In this document: positions 49,452 to 60,327 of the stretch, piece by piece
Layout: each line of letters starts with the position of its first letter
How positions within the stretch are numbered: position 1 is the stretch's first letter
Source of the DNA: Lepidodermella squamata
Lineage: Eukaryota > Animalia > Gastrotricha
Length of the DNA: 64,000 nt
Direction: 5' to 3'
NCBI GenBank assembly: GCA_047495785.1
Contig: JBLDXI010000028.1
Span: 1,860,001 to 1,924,000 of the forward strand
Notes under the pieces: model-generated
Seen by the model: only the letters and a program-made list of their open reading frames with translations
What the model was told of the DNA's origin: nothing
The model's database searches: none
Position numbers and translations under genes: made by a program

Positions 49452-52151
49452 ATGGCTGATGCAAAACCGAAGTCTGTCCGGAGTTCGATTGTTGAGGTAC
49501 CTAATCATTTTAAAAACCTGTTGCAAACATTTATAGTGAGTATGTTTTCAGGCTTTGAGGTGCACCGTATGCTTGGAACTGAGCCCTGAAGTTAAAATGC
49601 TGAATGAATGCGGTCATTCGATTTGTGCCACATGTCTCTCTAAGCTGAACGAAGATAACAAGAAATCGGTATTTTGCCCTGAATGCAGAACTGAGACTGT
49701 TCTGCCGAAGAATGGTCTCGCAGCTCTGCGGACAAATTTTGCCGTGAAAAGAGCAATCGAAGCTTTAAAAAGCGATGAGCCGATTGATACGAAGAAGAGA
49801 AAATTAGGCGAAGGCTGCAATCATCTGGCGTTCGTTGAGAAAGATGAGATCACACGGTGCAAACACTGCAGAGAGGACTTCTGCGAGAACTGCTACCGGT
49901 GTCACCTGGAAAAAATACGCCTGGAGGCTAGATATGCCAGTTATAACGTAAAAACCCAGCTTAAAATATCAAAATATACCTATATTCATTTATATTCAGC
50001 TTCGAGAAACTTTCACCTCGTCGATGACCTGCGTTAGAAAACGGTGCCAAATCATTCGCTCGAAAATTGAAAGCGTTTCCGATGCGGTCAATGTGGAGAT
50101 TGACAGCAGTTGCAGAGCGCTCTTAGAAGCTTTGGAGATAACTATTCAGAAGCGGGCTGGGCAGCTTAAGGCAAAAACAGCTGAGTTCAAAATGGCCCAG
50201 CTCGAAATATTCGAGAAAATGACTTCTAGCGATGAAGCGGATGGATTGCAAGAACTTGAAAAGCTGGCTTCCGAATGCATCAATGCTTCGCTGTTATTCG
50301 TCTCAGACAGCAGTATTTTGAAATTTCATGAATTATCAGGAGCGATTCGACGAAAGGTTGGAAACCCTGCTTTACAACTTGGTTTTTACAAATTTTTCTA
50401 ATTTTAGTGCGGTAAGCTGATGCGATACGAGCGTGACGAATGGAATCCTTCTGAGGTCAAATTAACGTGGCCTGAATCTGATCTTGTCAAAACATTTGCG
50501 GACATCCTGACCAAGACAACCGACGTTGATTCTACACCTGTGGCTATATATGAAGCAATAAGGACGGTACATTTTACGGCTTTTCCTGATCTTTTCTCTC
50601 TATATCTGGTTCAATAGCGCGATTCGCGATTTCATTATAGCTATAGTAAATTTGATTTTCTATTGTTTTTGCATTTCAGGGCACTGAATACCACGTAATC
50701 CATGACGCTGCTCGAACTGGTAGTTTTGAATCGCTTCAAGCGCTCTTCCAGCAAATACCAGCCGGCTGCGAACCCATCGTTATTGATCATCAGGATGCGC
50801 GAGATGGCTATAAAACATTGCTGCTCCAAGCTGCAGCTGACAGTTCGATTGAAAAAGTCGAATTTCTTCTGTCAAGACCTAAAATCGATACGCTAGCGAT
50901 GGATTTCGAACAGCGAACGGCGGCTCACCTTGCTTCGCGAAATGGCAACTTGGCTGTCCTAAAGCTTTTGCTGGCAAGGGAGCCTAGTTTGAAAGGATTA
51001 CGTAGCTGCAAATGGTTCAATTTGCTACACGAGGCTGCGAGTGGCGGTCACCTGAATGTCGTAAAATTCTTGGTGGAAGATGAGAAATTCGACTTGGAAG
51101 CCACTGATGAATTGAATGGATATACTGCTGCAATTTTGGCTGCGATTAACGGCAATTGCGATGTTGTAAAGTATTTGCTTGAGCGGGGTGCTAATTTCGC
51201 CCATCGTGACTCTACAGATGGCGGACTGCCAATAATGCATGCTGCCTGGAATAAAAAACTTGATGTGGTGAAGCTGCTGTTGAAGAAGAACCCTGATTTC
51301 CTGAACCAGGTTGACTCAAAAGGGAGGTCGCTGCTGCGGCATGCAGTTGATGGCGGTGATATTAATGTCATAAAGTAAGTCAGATGAGCCAGATGTTTTC
51401 GACAAAATGGCCCCGTGGCCCTAAAATCGAATAATTATTCAAGTAGTCGTGATTGTATTTCATTTGGGCAAATTTTCAATTTTCCCTGCCTCTCCTCTAA
51501 TTTAGATGGCTCCTCAAGAAACCTGTCGAAATAGACCGCCTTGATGAAAATGGCGAAACTGCTCTGTTACAAGCTGCCAGGGAAGGGTATTACGATGTTG
51601 TTAAAATTCTGATCGATCACGGAGCAAATATCCAGGCTGAAAATACGAATGCGGAGAAATTCTACCACGTTTGTGCCGAGTCTGGTAATGTTGATTTATT
51701 AAAATTGGCATTTGAGCTGTTTCCTGGCTCCGAATTGTTGCCTGATAATTACGGATTCACGAGTTTGCACGCTGCTTCTTATGGGAAAGATGCTATAGAT
51801 TGCTTGAAATTCCTTCTCGAACGCGTCGGTCACGCCATCGATATGCCAACTGAGCCTATGAAGTGGACCCCTCTGTTGTTAGCTGCGCGACGGGGAAACA
51901 TTGGAAATTTGGCATTTCTGCTCGAAAACGGCGCTGATATCAAGGCACGCAATAGTAACGGGAAAAACGTGTTACATGTAGCCATTGAAGAAGAGCAATA
52001 CAGAGTTGTATCGTTCTTGATCAAACGTCCAGAAGCTGCTTTTTTGTTGAACCAGGCTGATGAAAATGGGTACACGCCGTTAAAACTGGCTTACGATGAT
52101 GAGTGTTTTCCGTCAGAACTGGATGATGAAATGCTAAAATGGCAATTATAG
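49452..52151 (+). CDS. RING / B-box-like / coiled-coil / ankyrin protein, copy C (type I)
   Basis: Exon 1 MADAKPKSVRSSIVE, RING CTVC...CGHSICATC...CPECR, Cys/His cluster, coiled coil, and ankyrin exons 50680-~51374 and ~51506-52151. Confidence 0.85.
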
Positions 52152-52501
52152 GTCCATAACTATGAGAAATATGTATACGCAGATGATTTTCTTCGCTCTT
52201 TTCTACCCGATTTATAAAGCTACTACATTCTTGGTAAATTAATAAATATCTGAAGCATTGACCCGATCACTCTTTTTGGTTAATCATGAACACCATTGGC
52301 GTATTTTTATTTTATTTCAATTTTAGTGTTTAGAGACAGTGTTTTTGTGATTCTGAAGCGCGGAATGTGATTGACTTTTGACATACTGGTGCAAAGACAT
52401 GCTCATAGGGCATAACGAAGGGTAACAAGTGATGAAGTTTTGTGAAATTTATTGATTCTTCTAAGATTATTAATTGAATACTTTATCCATCAAGTTGCCA
52501 A

Positions 52502-52635
52502 ATGGAAGTTGGTATGAATTCGTCGAATACGAGTGGTTCAGCAGTGAAAGCGGTATATTTATTAGATGTCATTAGATGTCATTAGATCACTTTTGCGAAT
52601 TTTAGGTTAACCAACTCGGGCAACTCAAGACTGAC
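52502..52635 (+). pseudogene. Deleted relic of a type II (B/E-like) RING-ankyrin gene
   Basis: Exon 1 MEVGMNSSNTSGSAVKA plus an intron, followed directly by CCAACTCGGGCAACTCAAGACTGAC (matching coiled-coil exon sequence of copy E at ~58328-58352), then by the repeat remnant. Confidence 0.75.
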
Positions 52636-53640
52636 TGTGAACACGTCAATGATCGGGGGCTACGCCGATGCCGCTTCGAAACATAAGGATAGGTAAAGGG
52701 AAGCTGCGGTTCCGACTACCCGGGCATAAGGCCGTGGCTAATTTGTCTGCTCGAGTTGTGAGGGTGGCGACTGCGGCTCCGGGCCGGAAGAGCCCTTGAG
52801 GTAAATATGTCAACGCCGAGGGTCCGATCGGACCTGTTCCTGTTCTTCCGCGTCTTCAGCTGTCTCCGCTGTCGATGTGGTTGCTGCGATTTTTTTCAGC
52901 GCCATCGTAACCTTCAACTTTGTTGTTGCAAATAATCTGTATTTTTTCTGTCGTCCCGTCCAATGGCATTTGATCGCGATAGGCGAAGTCGCGTTTAATA
53001 ATTGCACTGTAGCTTTTGTTACCGTTGTTGGTTGACGGTATACCAGGTGCGATACTGTCAGGGAAACATTAAGACTTGGCTAGGTACTACTCTATACTTT
53101 ATTGTGAATGAATCGAACATTGATCGTTGGAATTCAAGGCCTTAAATATTGGCGATACAATTCTAAGTCGAACACGCGATCACTTCCTAATTAGATATCA
53201 CATGAGAATCACAATATTGTTCATAGCCATTGCGTAGAAGCCAGCTGCCAAACGGCACATCGTTACAGATACCTTTGATCCACGTGTTATGTCACTAGCC
53301 ATTTTCCTCGAACGTGGGCGATAAACGGCCCAGCCTCGGCGAAATCCGACCATTTAGCCAGAAACAAGTCTTCAAAGAAAGAATAAGACGTTCGGGGAGC
53401 GTGCGATTCGTAGGCAGGTAATATCATTACGCAGCTGGCCTCAAATTGGCTGTGCACTGATTCCGCTTACAGTAAATTTGATCCCGGATGAAGTTAATTT
53501 TCTTCGTCAATGTTGGTCTCCAAGGTAGCGATCAGGTTGCGCCGGGTCGATCTAAGGATCAAGCCGAAATTGAGTGACTAGATGATGATGTAGCTTCGAT
53601 GTGGGACTCAGCAAAGGCGAGCACCCGTGACAGTCGCAGG
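52633..53640 (-). mobile_element. Second copy of the decayed LINE-like repeat
   Basis: Shares blocks with 47210-48315, e.g. ACTGTGAACA, GGCATAAGGCCrTGGCTAA, GTTCGGGGAGCGTGCGA, CATTACGCAG and GACTCrGCAAAG. Confidence 0.5.
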
Positions 53641-54509
53641 GACATTCATGAAACTGTAGAGAGAAATGTGTGGTTTATTATTAATCTAGTTCGGGTATAA
53701 TTCCAGCCCACCAGCCCGCAGGCTAAACATGGGCGGCAACGAAGCGAGTTAGCAACCACAACCATAACAATCAATTGATCACAAAAATTATGTACATAAA
53801 AATCTAAGCGTCCATGGCCGCCAACGCCGGCCGAGTCGAGGCGCCGAAATGCGGCAAGCCACCCGCCGCCCATCCACCACCGCCAAACCGACACCGCACC
53901 GACAGCCAGCCATCCGCCGCCCGCCTCATCCAGGTCGCGGGCCGGCACCGGCTCCCGAACAGCACCGACCCGCGCCGGGTCAAACGGGTCCAACATGAAA
54001 CTTGAATAGGTCGACAGGCAACGGTCGCTTAGCCGCCAGAGCAGGCCAGTGTACGGCAGCTTCAGAACGAAAGGCAGCCCGCCCCAAGTCAGGCAGGCTC
54101 GCACCGCCAGAGAGGCCGCCGGAATAAGCCACAGGGCTTACGCCAGGCAGAAATCGTCGGAAAAAAGCGCCACCGATGGCGCTGGCATTGCCGGAAAATA
54201 CGGAATTATAAAATATCCACGAATCGAAATGATTCGACGGCATTAACAAAAAAAACGTGAGAAGCACGGAGGATGTACAGCTATGTACAGCGAAAACAGC
54301 AGCATAGTACATTATAGTCCAGAAAATTTTAAAATGAGTCCTGGATTTAAATGTTTGTATCACCTCCATGCATAGGCACAGATAGAGGATTTAGCATCCT
54401 ACATCACCATCTGGATCTGGGCATAGTTCACGTGCCACGTGCCCCACTTCCTGTGAGGAACATTTTGTAGTTTATTCCTAATTTTAGTCTATTATTGATA
54501 TTGTGGATA

Positions 54510-57149
54510 ATGGCTGATGCTAAACCGAAGTCTGTCCGGAGTTCGATTTTTGAGGTACCTAATCATTATAAACCTGTTGGAAACATCAGTTCTTATGTTT
54601 TCAGGCTTTAAGCTGCGCCGTGTGCTTGGAACTGAGACCTGAAGCTAAGATTCTTAACGAATGCGGCCATTCGATCTGTGCCACTTGTCTTCCGAATCTG
54701 AATAAAAATAACAAAAAATCGGTCTTTTGCCCTGAATGCAGAACTGAGACTGTTCTGCCGAAGAATGGTCTCGCAGCTCTGCGCACAAATTTCGCCGTGA
54801 AAAGGGCAATCGAAGCTTTAAAAAGCGATGAGCCGATTGAAGCGAAGAAGAGAAAATTAGGCGAAGGGTGCAACCATCTGGCCTTCGTTCAGAAAGATGA
54901 GATCACACAGTGCAAACACTGCGAAGAGAACTTCTGTGAAAATTGCTATCGATTTCATCTGGAAAGAATTCGCCTGGAGGCTAGATACGCCAGTTATAAT
55001 GTAAAATCTCAGCTTAAAATCTCAGTAAATATATTTTTATTTATTCAGCTTCGAGAAACTTACAACTCGTCGATTACCCGCGTCAGAAAGCGGTGTCATA
55101 TCGTTCGCTCCAAAATTGAAAGCGTTGTCTATGCAATCAATGAAAAGATTGACAGCAGTTGCAGAGCGCTCTTGGAAGTTATGGAGAAAACTATTCAGAA
55201 GCGGGCTGGACAGCTTAAGGCAAAAATGGCAGAATTAAAAAAGACCCAGCTGGAAATTTTTGAGAAGATGGTTTCAAACGATGAACTGGATGGACTGGAT
55301 GAACTTGAAAAGTTAGCTTCCGAATGCATCAACGCCTCTCTGTTATTCGTCTCAGACAGCAGTATTTTAAAATTTTATGAACTATCAAAAGATACTCGAC
55401 GGAAGGTTTAAAGTTTGAAACCATGCTTCACTTTTTGATTTTATCATTTCTCCAACTGCTAGTGCGACGAACTGTTGCGATTCGAAAATGGTGAATGGAC
55501 TTCCTCGGTGGTCAAGTTAACGTGGCCTGAAACCGATCTTGTCAAAAAAATTTCTGACATCTTGACTAAGGCAACTGATATCAGTTGTACACCTGTGGCA
55601 ATAGATGAAGCACAATCGGAGGTAAAGATCCGTTTCTGATATATTTCTCTTCACCGACTTCGATAATGCTGTTATTAAATTAAGAGTGTGGTCCTTTGAA
55701 TTCTAGAACACTGAATACCACGAAATACATGACGCTGCTCGGACTGGTACTTTCGATTCTCTTCAATCGCTCTTCGAGAAAATACCGATCGGCTGCGAAC
55801 CCATCGTAATTCAACATCAGGATGCGCGAGATTATGATAAAACATTGTTGCTGCAAGTTGCAGCTGAAGGCTCGGCTGAAAAACTAAACTTCCTTCTGTC
55901 AAGACTTGGCATTGATACGCTAGCGACTGATGCAGATGGCAGAACAGCATCTCACCTTGCTTCGCGGAATGGCAACTTGGATGTCCTAAAGCTTTTGCTG
56001 GCTAGGGAGCCTAGGCTGAAAGAATTACGTAGCAACGAAGGGTTCAATTTGCTACATGAGGCTGCGAGTGGCGGTCACCTGAATGTCGTAAAATTCTTGG
56101 TGGAAGATGAGAAATTCGACCTAGAAGCCACTGATGAATTGAATGGATATACTGCTGCAATTTTGGCTGCGATTAACGGCAATTGCGATGTTGTAAAGTA
56201 TATGCTTGAGCGGGGTGCTAATTTCGCCTATCGTGGCTCTACAGCTGGCGTCTTACCGATAATGCATGCTGCTGCGAATATACACATTGATGTGGTAAAG
56301 CTGCTGTTGAAGAAGAACCCTGATTTTCTGAACCAGGTGGACTCAAACGGAAGGTCGCTGCTCAATCATGCAGTTGGGAGCGGAGACATCGATGTCGTAA
56401 GGTTAGCCAAACAAAAAATTAGTCAAAAAGCAGGGGCGTAACTAAGGGGGGCGGGGCAGGGTAACCCAAATTTTGAAATTTTTATTTATCTTCCCTCTTC
56501 TAGATGGCTCCTCAATAAACCTGTCGAAATTGACCGCCGAGATGGCTATGGCGAAACCGCTCTGTTACGAGCTGCTAGGGAGGGATATTACGACATTGTT
56601 GAAATTATGATCGATCACGGAGCTGATGTCCGTGCTGAAACGTCGAAGGCGGAAAAATTCTACCACCTTTGCGCCGAGTCTGGTGATGTCGATTTACTGA
56701 AATTGGCCCTTGGATTGTTTCCTGGCTCGGAATTGACACCCGATGGTTACGGATACACAAGTTTGCACTGCGCATCTCATGGGAAAGATGCTATAGATTG
56801 CTTGAAACTCCTTCTTGAACGCGTCGGTCATGCTATCGATATGCCAAATGAGCCTGGTAATTGGACCCCTCTGTTGTTAGCTGCGCGACGAGGAAACATT
56901 GGAAATGTGGAATTTCTGCTTGAAAGTGGAGCTGATATTAAGGCGCGTAATAATGACGGGAAAAACGTGTTACATGTAGCCATTGAAGAATCACGATACA
57001 ACATAGTATCATTTATGATCGAACGTTCTGAAGCCGCTTTCTTATTGAACCAGACTGATGAAAATGGGGATACGCCGTTAAAACTGGCTAGCAACGATGA
57101 CGATTTTCCGCCAGAAACGTTTGGTAAAATGCAGAAATGGGAATTATAG
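54510..57149 (+). CDS. RING / B-box-like / coiled-coil / ankyrin protein, copy D (type I, closest to C)
   Basis: Same exon structure as C. The upstream ~130 bp and the downstream spacer are also homologous to those of C. Confidence 0.85.
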
Positions 57150-57556
57150 GCTCATTACTACGAGAAATGTGAGAAATGTGAGAAATGTGAACAAGCAGCT
57201 AATTATTCTCGATCTGTCTTACCCATTTTTCAAAGCTAAAAGTTGATAAACCTCCAATTTCCAATCGAATAAATCTCCAAATTATTTACCGAAGCATTCA
57301 TTTTGGTTAAAGATTAACACGATTGGCATATATTTATTTATTTCATTTCGATTTTGAGCCTAGAGTTTTAGAGTTGGAAGATATTAATAATGTTTGGTGA
57401 TTCTGAAGCACCGAATATGACTGACATATTGGTGCAAATACATGCCCATAGTTCCTAGTTCATTACGAAAAAGGGTAAAAAGTGATGATGATGTTGTGTT
57501 CAATTTATTGCTTCGTCTAAGATTTGTGATAAATACTTTATCTATCGAATTGTCTA

Positions 57557-59896
57557 ATGGAAGTTCGCGTGAATTCCTCGAATACAAGTTGTCCAGTGGA
57601 GGCGGTATGTGCATTAATGTTAATGATCATTCTTTAATTTTAAAACTTACCCCTTGAAGGCTCTTACGTGTGCAGTCTGCCTCGAATTGGCAACTGACCC
57701 AAAAATGCTCCCACAATGCGGTCATTCATTCTGCTCAAAATGCATCGAATCAATATTGAAGAAAACGCCGAAATTCGCTCAATTTGCGTGCCCAGAGTGC
57801 CGCTGTAAGGCCAATGTATCCATGGATTCTATCAAGCGTGAGATCTGCAATATTTGTTCATCGTTTACGTCATTGATTCATATTTTTTATAGCTAATATT
57901 GCAGTGAAGCGAGCTGTTCAAGTGTTGAGGGAAGAAAATGAAAACATGAAAAAATCGAAGCTGGGCGAATCTTGCCTGCATCTGTCTAATTTATCGCGAT
58001 CTAACGCCGAAATATGTGGCCATTGCGCCACACAATTTTGCCCATCTTGTTTCGTCGCTCATCTGGAACACATTCGTGGCGAGATATTTCTCTCCCACTA
58101 TTGGGTTAGATTGTTTCAAAAATATCAACTGGACCTTTACTTTTGCTATTACAGATCGAAACCAGGCGTGAAGCTGCACGATGCCATGCCCAGAGTCAAC
58201 TTGATGTTATTCGCACGGCAGTCAGCAAGGATGCAGAATATTTTGAGAAGGAAATTCAAAAGACGGGAGAAAATTTGGTGGCATTGTTCAAAGATGCCAT
58301 TAAACAGCGTTGCGATTTTCTGATTAGCCAACTCGGGCAACTTAAGGCTGATCAGCTGCGTTCATTGGAGAGTATTGCGGAACCGATGGCCGAAGAAGCT
58401 GATATTGCCGAATTGCTCAAGGATGTGCAATCGGCTTCGCTTTTATTTAACTCTGGCGAAAAATTCACGCGGCTACATAAAACTGTAACAAGACAGGCTC
58501 AGAATGTATGATTGATTATCAGCTTTCTCATTTTTTACCAGTTGTTGATTTCCAGGTTGCTAATATGCTGACCATTGAGAGCAGTGAAATAGCGAGCCGG
58601 AGATTCATGGCGGTTCTCTTCGAGGAAAATTTTGTGGATACAATTAAGAGTAAATTGGAGCAAAGTTTCTTGTTTGTCAATCAACTACCGACAAGGGAGA
58701 AAACGGATGCCAAGGTCAAATTTAACCATTAAACACACAAAATATTCAGATGTATTGCCTTTAACCAGGAATTGATATACCGCGAATTTCATCAGGCAGC
58801 AAAAAATGGAAAGGCCGAGGAATTTAAAGATTTCCTTAGCAAGGTCCCGGAAGCTGGACTAAATTTGATAATTCGGCATGTTGATGAAACTGATCAAGGA
58901 AGAACTGTTTTGCATCAAGCAGTGGCTTCAGGATCAATGGAAATCGTCAAACTTCTATTGCCTCGCTTTTCATCGGACGAACTGAAATCAGCTGATTCGA
59001 ATGGTCAAACCATTTGCCATCTTGCAGCATGCTTCCCAGAGATACTAGATTATATCTTGACAGTCGAATCATCAATCGTGCGCATGGTAGATGGAAATGG
59101 CCGAACGGTTTTGCATTTGATGGCTAACAATCACGTTGAAGCTGTTCGAATGATAGCGAGCAGAGATGTAAGCATGTTGAATGCCACTTCTTGGAATGGC
59201 TATACTGCTTTCCTCGCGGCTTGCTTCAAGGGCAAAGTTGAGGTGATGAAGGAGTTGCTAGCGACATGCCGTGATCAAAGGGTCAATGATTACTCCGCAA
59301 TCCATGTGGCCATAATCAGAGGTAATTTGGAAGTAGCAGCGTTTCTCATAGATAATGGTTTCGATGTGAGATGCACGAAAGGCTCCAGTCTGTCACCATT
59401 TTCTCGCGCTGTTGAGGCAGGGTGTTTACCTATTGTCAAATACATGCTCGAAAAATGCCCTGCAGCTTACAGCGAAACGGCGTTGCGCCATGCTGCCAGA
59501 TGCAAAAGTGACGCCGATGCCAAATTAATGATTTCTTATTTCGTTGAGACGTACTCCACCCCGGTTAATTTGAAATATTCATTCTCACCGCCTACCGCAT
59601 TGATGATTTGCACTTCGGCTAATCATCCACTATCGTTTGAGTACTTGATGAGCAAGGGGGCCGACCCTGCTCTTGTTGATGATTGCGGGAACAACGCCCT
59701 TCATATCGCGGTTGAAAAGCAGTCACAGGCCGTGATCGACTGCATTCTGGGACTTCCCGTCGCTGGACAGCTGTTGCGGTGCAAAAATGCATCCGGTCTG
59801 ACGCCGATCGGTGTTGCGAAAGCTAACTACGCAAACGATCTTGTCAAACGGATGCGTCAAATCGTCAAGGCGCAGATTGGCTGCGAACATGTGTGA
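57557..59896 (+). CDS. RING / B-box-like / coiled-coil / ankyrin protein, copy E (type II, two ankyrin repeats shorter than B)
   Basis: Exon 1 MEVRVNSSNTSCPVEA; colinear with B except for an in-frame 65-aa loss in the ankyrin exon. Confidence 0.85.
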
Positions 59897-60327
59897 CTTA
59901 TATGCCTGCTTAACGTAGTTTTTGTCCTTATTTTTTAGCGAAAGTGAAGTATGGGCAAAAGAGATTCTTTCTGAATACATTTTCGGCAATTCTTACCGGC
60001 CCAAAACTTGTTTAAGATTTGGAATACTGCGAATAGTTTTAACCATTTCAAAGTTGAGTTAATAATGAATAATTGTTGAGGATCCGATTCCAGATATTAT
60101 TGATTTCTCTCTACGGCCTACGGCTGGTTTATCTTGAAACGTATCTGCCATTCTAGAACTGCATTTTATTAGCTGAAGCTCTTCAGTCGACATGGTAAAC
60201 GACTTGCCAAACAGTGCAATTTTTGAGGTTTTTTTGGATACAAATTATGCTACGAAGTAGAATAAATGGAATGAGAGCAAACATAATTAGCTCTTTTGTA
60301 TAGTTTTTCTTATTTATTTTATTTGTA

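Noticed and set aside
57161-57190. (GAGAAATGT)x3 tandem repeat after copy D
   Set aside because: Local slippage in a 3' UTR; the paralogous region after C has a single similar unit.
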